DNA from: Puccinia triticina
Lineage: Eukaryota
Direction of reading: 5' to 3'
NCBI GenBank assembly: GCA_026914245.1
Contig: CP110440.1
Location: 496,001-560,000 of the forward strand
DNA length: 64,000 nt
Below, piece by piece: positions 39,321-51,256 of this stretch. Each line of letters starts with the position of its first letter. Within the stretch, counting starts at the first letter, position 1. A model generated the notes under the pieces. The model did no database searches. It saw only the letters and a list, made by a program, of their open reading frames with translations, and had not been told where the DNA came from. Both the position numbers and the translations under genes were made by a program.

Positions 39321-39947
39321 TCAGCCTTTGCGCCCCCCTCGACCGGAGTAGCCCCCTCCCAAGCCCTCTCCACCCCCTCCATAGCCCACTGCTTGGGGTG
39401 GTCTCTCCGATGGAAGGACGGAATATGCCGTTTCAGGCACACATACTTCCTTCAGTGCCCCAAAAGTGAGTGATAGGTCCTAGAGATAATAGATACGTGA
39501 ATATTAATAAACCAATTGAATCAAGGCGCGGATTACACGAAAGCATGTTTGGACCTTGATTCCATCTTGAACCGTAGAACCTAGAGGTAGACATAAAACT
39601 GCTAACCTTGACAGCCGGTGGAGCATCTGTTCTGCAGCAGTATCGTGTGCCCATTCGCCCGGGACCATGTGGGTTGCAATGTCCATTAGGAGTTGCTTTG
39701 GAAACTTTTGGAAGCAAATAGCTAGAAAGTTAGTATAAATAGATACCCTGCAGACGAGTTTCAAGAATTAAAGCTTACTCCTGGCATCCCCAAACGACAC
39801 CAACACCCCTTTTTTGATAACAGGTTTATATGTGATGCACCACGTTGTGGGATGCTCTGGTATCTCCGAACATCCATTGCATAAAACTTGGATTGGTCCA
39901 AGGGTAGCCGCGAGGAATGTGAGCCCAATTATTTTCAGGAGCTGCAT
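39321..39947 (-). CDS. Small secreted Cys-rich protein, candidate effector (~141 aa, 3 exons)
   Basis: Exons 39947-39779, 39704-39607, 39479-39321; GTAAGC and GTTAGC donors, TACTAAC branch in intron 1. Product: MQLLKIIGLTFLAATLGPIQVLC-NGCSEIPEHPTTWC...GHC...YCC...EVC...GYGGGGEGLGGGYSGRGGRKG. An alternative intron 1 (39804-39722) keeps the same downstream frame. Confidence 0.85.
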
Positions 39948-40485
39948 TCTGTGGATCAAATCGCCACCACCAATCTATGTGCCGGTCGGTGTCGGGTAAA
40001 AAGAAATATGTGAAGTGGAGGCTAACGGATTTGATCGGGAGTTGTTGAATGGCAGGAGTAGAGGAATGTGAATGGTTGAGGGCTGTAGAGTGTAAGCATT
40101 GCCGCTTTTATGTGTAGTGCCTTGAGAGGACAAGCGATGGTTTCAGCTCTAGAGAACGTTTCAGGCGAAGTCATCCAACTCGGACTTGGCTACTACGACG
40201 CGGTTGAACAGGATCTAGCCGCGCCGTTGCTGATGATGACGGCCAAGGGTAAGCCCTGAAGTCGGCGAGGGGCTTCATTCAGCCACGCCCAGGAAGGCAG
40301 TAGCCACGCATGCTGCAATACAGCATGGTCAGCTTGAGTCCTTGACTGCTCACACCCCCCTCCCCCCAAAGGGATTCAGGAAGGTTTGCGTCTCACCAAC
40401 AGTGTAACAGGATGTTCCTGATGGAACAGACTGAGTCTTGGCGCAGGCTCTGATAAGAGAGATCTTGCCGGTACAGATGTATTAA

Positions 40486-42090
40486 GGGCCCAATTATAAA
40501 CCAGTTTTGGAATAATTTTGGGATTGTTTTCAAATAAGTTTGAAATCAAAAAAATTATCTTGGTGGTGCAGATACAGGGGCCAAAACTGTTTCCAACCTG
40601 TTTCAAACCAAGTGTAAATTATAAACCCACCACCATGCTGGATGAATTTCCGGCGCAACTGAACGTGAGCCTCGCACTACCACAGGTTGCTCCGTCAGCA
40701 GTCGTCTGTCTTGCATGCGCCAAGACAATGGCAGCGACGACAGCAGCGTTCCCACAAACTTGGGGGGACAACCTGTTGGAATTCGACTCACCCTCATAAG
40801 AGGAGTACCCCTGGTAAGTAGTACTCTAGTACACTCACCAAAGAGTTCATAATGAATATTGATATTCATTATCCTCTGCAAATCTGTGACAGATCCCCTG
40901 CACAACCCAGATTGCAAGAAGCCTTGCACTATTGCACCAAGCAGTGACAACAGCAACGTCACCGCTCAAAACTCAGTTGATTTGCTATCAATAAGCTCTT
41001 CGTGAGTTGCAGAATTCACAAACTCAGTTGAATGAAAAGCTAATCATCTTTTCATTCTTCTACAGATCAATCAATCCCGAAGTCCAAACCAAAACAAAAG
41101 ATCGAAGCAGTCAAACGTTCACAAAGATATCGTGAGTTGTCTGACACTTTCTTTCTTCTAAATCTCAATTCAATGAAGAAGTCTCTGACTCTCCAATTGC
41201 CTTAAAACAGACACACAAGTCTTGCAGACCGTATTAGCTCATCAATCATCCACGAAGATTAAACAAAAGACTAGATCTTTACAAATATGTAAAGTTCTTT
41301 TCATCTTCTTAATAAGAAGTTATCCAGCTAGATTAAAGTACTAATGATCAATGTAATCGTAATGTTTTAGTGCTTTTAACTAGATACATCTCAGCCTTGT
41401 TTAGTCACTAGTCACTTGACTAAGTTACGAACACAGACAAGCATCTTCAAGCAGATTAAGCATCTGCCTTCAGGTAAAAACCTTTGTTATTTTAATAGAA
41501 CATTACTATTATTATACCTTTGTATTTCTTTATTCAGCCATACTTATAAAGAAATACATTCTTCAGCTTTTACAATTCTCTCACAACCTGGGTCGGGACA
41601 ACTGGCCGCCAATGTCTGCCGACTCTCCCAAGTCAATAGATACCCGTGAATCAGCCTTGAAGGCTGATTCTTGCGCACAACATCCTGGTTCAACTGCGAG
41701 AGCCTGTAGCTCGCTCATTCTGCGAGCTACATATGAGGTCCCGGACATTGATAGATGCGCTTGCATCCTGGCTATCCGTCCATGGTTTCCATTTTGCAAT
41801 TACCAGCAAATCAGCCTTGATGGCTGTATCTTGGGCAAGTACATATGCTATGGCCTTTGGGGGGGGGGGGGGGGGGGGAAGCACTGGTCAGGTGTATGGA
41901 GGGCATCTGCATGCTGAGCTGTAATCACATTCAAAACAGTATTGGTAAACCAGTTTCCTCCAAACCACCTCCCCGAGGTGGTTTGGGTTGTTTTGAGATT
42001 TTCAATCCCAAAAAAGTTAGCAAAAAGATATTTCAAACTTATTTGAAACCAATCCTAAAATTATTCCAAAACTAGTTTATAATTGGGCCC
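40486..42090. mobile_element. PIF/Harbinger non-autonomous element
   Basis: About 60-bp TIR GGGCCCAATTATAAAC.AGTTTTGGAATAATTTT...; TAA TSD on both sides. Confidence 0.9.
40774..41583. mobile_element. Solo LTR (810 bp) nested in the Harbinger element
   Basis: TGTTGGAATT...AATTCTCTCA ends; 5-bp TSD CAACC; AT-rich. Confidence 0.75.
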
Positions 42091-43949
42091 TAACAAACGA
42101 GAAAGGAAGAGGGGCTTTTTTCCTTAATCCCTCTGTCCTTGACCAGGTGAAGAGATCAGATGCTGAATTGGGTTTCATTTCTTGGCTATGTAGCATCTCA
42201 AAAGAGGGGTCTAGGGGTTGAGGTGTAAACCCTCTCTTAACAGCGGGACGAATCGAGAAGGGGCGGTGCGCCCCGCCGGCGTCCCAGCCCCAAAGCGCCA
42301 CCTGCACGCCACAGCAGCCACCCCGGGAGTTAGCGCTCCCCCAAGGGGCCGGTGGCGACACATGCACGCCCTGACGACCGCTCAGGTACCCGTGCCGGCC
42401 AGGGGGCGCCACCGGTCGCTGCCCCGGAGACGCTTTGCGTGTGTCGCCCTCGGGGCCCTACGCCCGCCGAGCCCCCCCCCAGGGCGCCACCGCCCCCCGG
42501 GGAGGCTCTACCTCTGACGCCGACCGGTACGGTCCAGAGGGGCGCCTGGGTCGTCACGAACCATCCCACGAGCAAGGATTCCCACCCACGGACACGCGCG
42601 GACTTGTCGGGCGGAACACTCACGTCAAACAGGCACCCGACGTCGGAAATCGCCAGCATGGCTCAGGAATCAGGCGATCAGATTTACTCTTGCTGTTTCT
42701 TCAAGAACCTGGCCCCTTGGGGCCGCAAGTTGGGTCGCGGCGAAGCCGCGTTTGGCGGCGGAGCCGCCCACTCAGTAGGAGCAGGAATTTTGCGGCGAAG
42801 CCGCCCACTCCGTTGGAGCAGCAATTTTGCGGCGAAGCCGCGGGGCGGGGTAGAGCTGATGCTCGGCCCCTCGAGGGCTGGTGCTCGAAGAAGTTTGGGG
42901 CTGAGCTGATGCTCTGGGTTCAGACGCCAATGCGCACAAACAAATTTTGATGGCTAGGAAGGCTTACGCTGATGCGCTGCAGCCTTAGCAGACCAGGGGC
43001 ATTTTGTGGTGAAAAGAAGAGCCCTATTTAAGCTAATCAGAAAGTCCTCGCAGCTACTGTATCCCGGTCCTCCCACAGAATTGTAACATGGGGTCATCTC
43101 CGATGAAGTCATGCCACGATCAGCCCCAAGACTTCCAATCTGGGTAGTGACCGCGAGTCCGCTCATTTGCTCGCACTTAGTCACGGGCTGCCGATCCCAG
43201 CCCGGCGCTTTTCGCCAAAGGAAACACATGCACCACCTTATGCGGAATATCATTCAAGAAGCGTCTGACACCACGTAGTTTCAACTGTCCCTGGCCAGAG
43301 AGCCGGGATGAGCCCATACATTATAGACACCAGCCCTCAGAGCCAAGCGACCAAGCATGATTCTTCACCGGCGTGCCAGTGCATACAACGCAGCTTAGCA
43401 GATAAAATCCTGCTTGGCAAGCAGGTGCTGGGTAGCTGCTCTCTGGAAAGGTGTCCTCAACGGCGAGAACATTGCCAAGGAGGAGGCTGCTCCGGCAATC
43501 AGGTCTTTTCACTGCTTGCTGGGGAGGAATCTTTGTTGGAATCATCCCTGGCAAGCGGATCCCCACTCACCCGGGAGGATTCCTCCTGTCCGAGGACCTT
43601 GCACCTGCTTGCTGAGAAATCTTCCTCAACAAGCAGGTACAAGTCATTGGGGGAATGGAAGAAAATCCATCGCGCCAAGTACAAAGGTGTACCTGTTTGG
43701 AAAGCCACCCCGGAAAGCAGTTACCATTTTTAACTGCTTGGAGGAATCTTCCTTGGAATTGTGCCCAGCGGAACAATCCCCAAGTAATATGTACATGTAA
43801 CCGCTTGCCCAAGATGATTCCCAGACCTTGGAAAGCAGGTGTAATTTTTATGCCCAAGAGGAAGCCTTCCGGGCAAGCAGGCAAATCCATCACAAGGTCC
43901 TGCAACATTCCGCGTCAAAGGTATCAACAGGTTTGAAGCAAGGAAAAGA

Positions 43950-46244
43950 CACAAAAAGGATGGGCCCGGTATATTTTCCCACTGTCAATAAAGGCCAGAA
44001 ATATTACCTTTGTCTGCTACTGTTACACTGACAAGGTATAACTAGCTTCAAAGACATGGACACAATCAACGGAGGGACCTATGACACTTACTGGAAAACA
44101 GCAGAGGTCCTCAGACTTGCATTGCTGCCAATGCTGGCACAAAACCGCAGGCTGGCAGACAGGCAAAGCCCTACATCATTTTTTCTGCATCCTACTTATC
44201 CACAGCCCACTCTCAAACCCTCAAGAATTTTTCAACCACATTGCTGTTGAGCTCTTGGATGACCTGCCGCACCAACTCCAAATGGTCTACCGGGTTGAAA
44301 ACCCCTCAGATCAACTTCACATCTTGCTCTGCTACTACCTACTGGCAAGGAAGCCTCAGAAGAGTGGAAAAGCTCTTGCCGGTGTTGGACTCCATACCCC
44401 CGCCGCTGGGGAGGGGGACTTTTGAAAGCACTATGCATGAAGAAGATCTCTGGTAAGCGGAGTGTGCGGACCTATTCCAAAAAATGTGCCAAACCCTGAA
44501 CCATAAAAAACAGATCATTGTTGACTTAGCTGTGCATTTGGCGGAAGCAAATTCTGCCAGCATGCTATATGTGGATGAGCCCGGTGGGTGTGGCAAAACC
44601 TACACAATGAATACTATTATCCATTCCCTGAAAGCCATGTGAATCCCCGCAGTAGTGTTTTCATCCTCAGATGCTGCTTCCCTCATGTCAGTCAATGGCT
44701 CCACTGTCCACTCCCGGCTCAAATTTCCAATAGTAATCTACTCAACCAGCACCTTCATGTTTGCCCTTTGATCTCAATGCGCTGAGGTATTGAAAGAGGC
44801 AGGTGTGATCACATGAGACAAGGTTTCAATGCAACACTGACATGCTGTTGACGTGGTTGCAGAGACTGCTTTCTTCATGATCTTACGCAAGACAGCCAAC
44901 CTTTTGGTGGCAAGTTAGTCATATTTGGGAGGGGGGGATTTCCAACAGACACTCTTGGTTGTGCGCAACGGGACTATCTTTGACCTGGAGGCAGCCTTCA
45001 TGATCACCTCATCTCTATGGGCCCATGTTATCAAGTTCTCCTTGACCAAGAACTTGAGGCTGAGTGGTGGTTCAGACTCTGCACTGACAGAGCTGAATGC
45101 TTCATTCTACCGCTGGCTACTGACAATTGGAAACAGTACCAGGCAGCACAAATATCATACCCCCCAGACACTTGACTTTGGAGACGTATATGCAAGCCTG
45201 ACTGAGACAGCTGTTCCCAATCATTTTATAACCACTGTGTACCCCAGTTCACCTCTGCACTCCTGAGATTGAGCCACCAACATCAAATACTATGGCTCAC
45301 GTGTGATTTTGGTGTTGCTCAACCATCAATGATGTTTGTTCCCGGTGCCTGCCCGGGAGATTTGTTGAATTCCTCGCAATTGACGCCATGGCCACCAATA
45401 TGAATGGGATCAATGAAGAGGAAGCAGTGACAGAAGAAGTCTCCCACATCACCAGGAAAAAACAATGATCACTTGCCTACAAGTGACATGAAATAGTAAA
45501 AAGGCCCCTTTGCACTTTGCTGTGTCACCTGCAGACAAGTGATCATTAATTTTTCCTGGTGTATGTTCTTGATCCCCGGCCTGCCAGAATAAACCCTCCA
45601 AATCAAGTTTGCCATACTCATAATCCTGCTCCACAACCTTGACCTGGGAGCGGGACCAGACTATTGATAGATGAGATTGCCCCCTGTGGGTTCAAGTGCA
45701 GCATACTTACCAGATTGCATGTCAGCTCTATGTGCACCATCCCCAAGATCAAACTTATCCACGAAGCTAATGCCTCTAATGGTGTATTGTTCAGTTGGTT
45801 CCAATTCCTGGTTGCAATAGCATTTCTGCTCACAATCAACAAGTCCCAGGGCCAATCACTTGCGCAAAGGTCATGGTGTACCTCCCATACTCTGTTTTCA
45901 GCCATGGCCAACTGTATGTTGCCCTCTCCCAGGTAACATCCATCACCACTCTCTCAATAGGGATTGTCACACAGCCAACACAGACCAATTCAAAAATCAA
46001 TGTTTTTAACCTTGACGTGATCAGGAGGTGCACAACTCGCCAGCACAAGATTGAGTGAACCAGAGATCAGGATTCTTTGCACATGTATATACAATATGGG
46101 CATTCAATGCTATGTTATACAATTTATTTCTTTGGGGGCCCAAGGATCATCCTGGAGCCAAATTGACCCCAGTTGCTCTCATCCATACCCTTACCCCTTT
46201 TCCTATCACTGATTGCGCGGCGTTTGCGCCGCGTTTTCCCCTAG
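43950..46244 (+). mobile_element. Degenerate Helitron (PIF1 helicase remnant plus intact 3' end); 5' end not located
   Basis: GQKYYLCLLL..GITSFKD, Walker A PGGCGKT, GDFQQTL, TINKSQGQSL, VFSHGQLYVALS. Hairpin CGCGGCG-TTTG-CGCCGCG (46216-46233), then CTAG|T at 46241-46245. Confidence 0.92.
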
Positions 46245-46519
46245 TAGAAACTGGTGGTAAGTGACCCATAATAGAGCCTGACAATGGGAATATATATTTC
46301 GAGAGAAGTGAACAACGAGAATGAATAAGAAATACAACAACTGAGGAAACATAAGCTCTAAATATACATGCTATTATGTAGTATGTATGTCATAGAGAAA
46401 AGGCTGTCTAGTCGAGGAAACATGGGAAAGTCCCATGTCTATGGTAAGTCATGACATATGACTTACCCTGGACATGTAGGATGTAAACGTAATGACATAT
46501 TACGTATCATACTACAACA

Positions 46520-49500
46520 CCCCCCCACTCGACAAGACCGCTCCGATAGCCACCCGTACTTGGTATTGGTGAGTCAAAGGCGGCAGGTTTTTTGTGAAAA
46601 TATCCGCAAACTGGTTCTTAGTGTTGACCCAGGCGAGAGTTACCTGTTTGCAAAAGAGCGCCTGATTCGTAATGTAGAACTCACGATCGGTGTGACGGGT
46701 ACGTTTGTTAGATGCTTCGTCCAAGCAGATCTTTACAGCTGCCTGATTGTCGCAGAGTAAGTGGCCCGTAGGTTCAGATCCAGTCATATCCGTAATTAGA
46801 TGGCGTATCCAAAGTAATTGTTTCGTACCATGGCCCAGAGCCATATATTCGGCATGTGCCGTGGAAGACGCTATGGTAGCCAGTCGACGCGCCACCCAGT
46901 GTATATATGGGGGACCCATGAAACAAAACAAGAATCCCGTAGTTGGAGCGGGAAAATTCTCCCCCCCAATTTGCGTCCGCAAAGCACACAAGACGTGGGC
47001 TAGCGGGATTTGGCTTGAGGAACAACTTCTGGTCTCTAGTTGCCGCCACATAATTCACAAGGTGTTGTAGGCATTTCCAGTGCTTGGTACCAGGACACTT
47101 GGAGAAACGCGATAAAAAATTCACACCAAAAGTGATATCCGGACGTGACCCAGCGGAGAGATAACTCAAGAATCCAAGAATAGAAAGGTACTTGGATGAG
47201 TCTAGTCCCGGGCCCTCCGTGCAAGATAATGGCAAGTTTCCTACTGGGAGAGGTGTCTTGGCGTGACTAGCGCCGTCCCAGTTTAAAGAAAGTAACTTAG
47301 ACACAAGTTTAGGTTGGCCGAGACTGAATCCAGATGAGTCGCGAGCTACATTGAGCCCGACGATTTCAGAGAGCGAGGAAGACCACTTAATTTCTAAACT
47401 ATCCGACAGAGCTAGCTCCAGGTCCCGCAGGATCTGAGAGGAAGAACCAGTGACGATCCCATTTTCCACGTGTATCCATACCACAGAGGGGCCATCCCGT
47501 TTGCGGAGCACATAGACACTGTTATCAAACTGGGAACTTTCATATCCAAGTCTGCCAAGGGTCGCCGACAAATGCTGCCACCAACAGCGCGCCGCCTGAC
47601 AAGTACCATAAAGAGCTTTGTGGAGTAGGCAGGCGTGTCCAGCGGCAACGTCGAGACCATCAGGAGGGGCAACCCAAACTTCTTCATCTATAGGAGAGTT
47701 TAGGTAGGCAGCCACAAAATCAAAAGTGTGGACAGGCCAACCATTCATGGCCGCAATTGATAACACAAGGCACATAGAAACAAAAGTCTCCGTAGGCGCA
47801 AAAGTACTGTTAAAGTGTTCCCCTTCTACCTGCGCAAAACCCTTCGCCACATACCAAGCTTTGAATCGGAGTATGACACCAGTTGCAGAAAGCTTCCTGG
47901 CAAATACCCATTTAGCCCGCAGTATCTTAGTCCCCTTCGGAACCGGTTTGATAGACCAGACGCCTAGTCGATGAAGGTTGGACAGCTCTTCTTGGATGGC
48001 AGTGAGCCATTTCGTACTGTCGACATCCTTTGTTGCTTGCTTAAATGTAGTAGGAACCGATGCATCTAAGATTTCCGCGACGGAGTTACAAATGAAGTCG
48101 ACCATGTCGTCTTGTGATTGAACAAGCTCCTCGTCTTCAAATCGACCCAGTTGTAAAACTAGGGTGTTGGTGAATGAAAAACTTGGCGATGACGAGATAG
48201 AGCTAGGAAAATCTGGAAAAGTAGCAACCGCCGAATGGCAATAAGTTCCGAGATCAGGAACCCAAAAACCCCACCCTTTTGATTCAGGGAGGTAAAAGAC
48301 GGCATAACCGCGTAGTGCTCGATCGTCTAGTTTTCACCGTTTTTCTGCAGGCACGTGGACGAAAGCCAAAGAACCAAACGGACGGAGGCGATCCACGTTC
48401 GGTTTTATACCGAAAATACGCTCGAAAGGTGTCATCTCGCCACTGGCCGCGTTAGGAATACGGTTGAGCGTATAACAGGCCCATACAAAAGCCAAGCCCC
48501 AGAATTCCTTGGGGAGCGTGCTGTCCAACAGAATGGTGCGGCCCATATCTTGGAGAGTACGATTAAACCGCTCGATGGTGCCGTTCTGGTAATGGTGGTA
48601 CGCGACAGACCTTTCGGTGGTGATTCCCATTGCTGCCAAGAAATCCCCCAAGAATTTGCTGTTGAATTCACCGCCATTATCGGAACGTAGAATTTTCAAA
48701 CTACGACCCGTACGGCGCTCAAGGCGTAAGATAGTATCTTGTAGCACTCCGCAAGCTTTGCTTTTCTTGATCAGAACTTTTACTTCTGCGTAACCGGACC
48801 CGATATCCCGGATAGTTAAAACATATAAGCCGCCGCCGAGTGCCTGGAGCTCGAACGGGCCAACCAAGTTGACGTTCCACGCATCCATGGGCTGGAAATC
48901 TCGACGATCCAAAGTCAACGTATTCCGGTTCACACTTTTAGAGATCATGCAGGAGGGACACTGAATGTCACCTCGGGGGAGTGTCTTAGGGAGGCCTAAG
49001 GCCACACCGAGGGCCATCATTCGCTGGATGGTCCTTAGACTTGCATGTCCAAATCGCCTATGGACGTGCAGGAGTAAAGATTTGTCCGCAGTTAAATGTG
49101 GCATTTCGAAAGGTCGGGTTGTCGCAACAGGGACAGAATATTCAAAAGGAACAAAACCTTTCTTCACGGTCACAGCAGAGACATTCACAGGCGATACAAT
49201 TTGCAATGCCGGACAAACTTGCGTACAGACGGTAGATGCGACAGATGAAGAGGGCAAAACAGCGGACGGAGAACGAGCAACACTTTGAGTAACAACAGAA
49301 TTTGCTTGAGATACAATGGCTTTGGCCGTAGGAACAACAGGGGGGCAGATACAGAAGAATGAGGAGAAACAAAGGAATGTAGCGGAGCCGGGAGATCCCA
49401 TTTCCGAGAAATGGGGTTAAGGGTCAAGCGAGTCCAAAAATGACGACCACGAGAGATGTAAAAAGAGTCAGCATGAAAAGAGAGGGAAAAGCCGGCCAAT

Positions 49501-50079
49501 CGTAGAGCTGCCGGTGAAATGAGTGTGTGCGCTGCATCAGGGCAGTATAGAACTTCATCAATCAGTGTAGGGATTGAACTTGCCCCCGGGAAAGTTAGCG
49601 TTCCCTTTGCTGTAATGAAACGAGGGGGGCCATTAGTGGCTACACGGAGGGGGATAGGTTTACTAAGTAGCGTGAAGTTTGTGAGAGCTAACCTGTCACC
49701 GGTCAGGTGATGAGTTGCTCCGGTGTTGAAAATTGCAGGACTGTCTGCGTAGGGAGCCCAGGATGCAGCCGAGAAAGATAAACTGCCAAAAGAAGGCTGA
49801 GTAGCGCCAACATTGCAATCCATCTCGAACATTTGGGCCAAGGGTTGGATGTTGTTTGCCACGGGCGCGTCTTGGGGCATGGCGTACATCTGCGGGGCAG
49901 GCTGCATGTTGAACATTGCAGTTGGATCTTGAGGCATGGCGTACATTTGTGGTGCCGGTTGCATGACAAACATCTGAGGCACGTCGGGTGGTAGTAGTAC
50001 CTCTGCTGAAGCTTCACGAGCCGCAGGCCGGGGTTGATAGCCCTGTGGGTAAACAGGCCAATAATTATCAGCTGGTTGT
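46520..50079 (-). pseudogene. pol: Copia PR-INT-RT-RH with frameshifts/stops
   Basis: FNTGATHH, HRRFGH..CPSC, LRSDNGGEF, NGTIERFNRT, AKWVF..FKAWYVAKGF, ALYG, FADANWG, ASSTAHAEY. Confidence 0.92.
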
Positions 50080-51256
50080 TGTGGTGCTCCATTCCAAACC
50101 ATAAGTAGTATTTTATTGCTTTTCTTTACATATATTCATCATTACATTGCCCATTTCCCCATAACCCTTCACAAATACTTCATTATTATTGCATATTCAG
50201 ATTCTACGCCAAATTTTACCTATAGTCACTCATACATAGTACCCCCTTATCTTCAATGGTTCAGTAGTTATAAAGGATATAAGACTTACAGACAACCTAC
50301 ATTCTTCATTAGTTACAATACTCATTTCATTAGTAACCTACTTGAATCATTACAGTAAATTCCTTTTACATATTTATTCTCACATACTAAACTCTTTACA
50401 TACATTTCTTATTATGTACACCTTACATCATTGGATCTGTGCTTACCTCTTTCAGTAGTGCTCATCATTACAAGTAGTTACTATGTTCTCATCACTCTTC
50501 CCCATTAGTACATTCTTTTATTCCCATAACCAGCATTCCCCTTTCAGCATTGCTCATCATTACATACTGTTACTATGTTCACATCACTCTTCCTCATTTG
50601 TACAACCTTCATTCTCATAGCCAGAACTCCTCATTGTCTGTGCTCATCCTTCCTTCATATAAGAACTGTCTTTCCCCTCTCACTTGTACCTCATGCAGAA
50701 TTTATAGATAATTTTAGATACAGAAATTATAAGTGCCCATTCTCATCAACCCATTGCCATTGAACCATTGCCCATTGCTCCCCCCCCCCCTTTCAACCAT
50801 TGCTCCAACTCTCTTACCCTCAGTAGTCAGTAGTTAAGCTCATAGTACTAGCTCCTAAGATCAAGCAGAAATCAGCCACACCTTTTCTTCTTTTTCTTAG
50901 TGTTACTCTCATCCCCTCAGCATTAGTCAGGAAGGCAGCCTCATCAGCACCCTTGCATAGCTTACATTAGTACTAGTGTTGCTATCCATTTCCCTTCCAA
51001 GCTCTATTCTCCCCTTTGAGTAGTTCCACAAGTGGTGTCCCAACAGTGGCCTTTCTATACTTCAGATATCTTCAGCTCTAGTAACACTCTTACCATCAGC
51101 TACATACTACTTTTACCTACACATCCTCATACTCCTTTCTTTATAAATCAACCTCCTGCTTTTAGAATCAACTTCAACCAACAATAACACTATCAGCATC
51201 TCCATTATCAACCTTCAACACTCTTCAGGTTTAGATTCAACTTACCTGCTTCAATC

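Noticed and set aside
40222..40275. CTGATGA within a hairpin as a hammerhead ribozyme
   Set aside because: No properly placed GAAA core or three-stem junction could be built.
42100..43950. GC-rich ORF cluster as a host gene or Helitron Rep domain
   Set aside because: No recognisable motifs or consistent splice model; probably repeat debris. The Helitron 5' end could not be placed.
50116..50763. ORFs duplicated at 59801-60448
   Set aside because: Chance ORFs inside near-identical LTRs.
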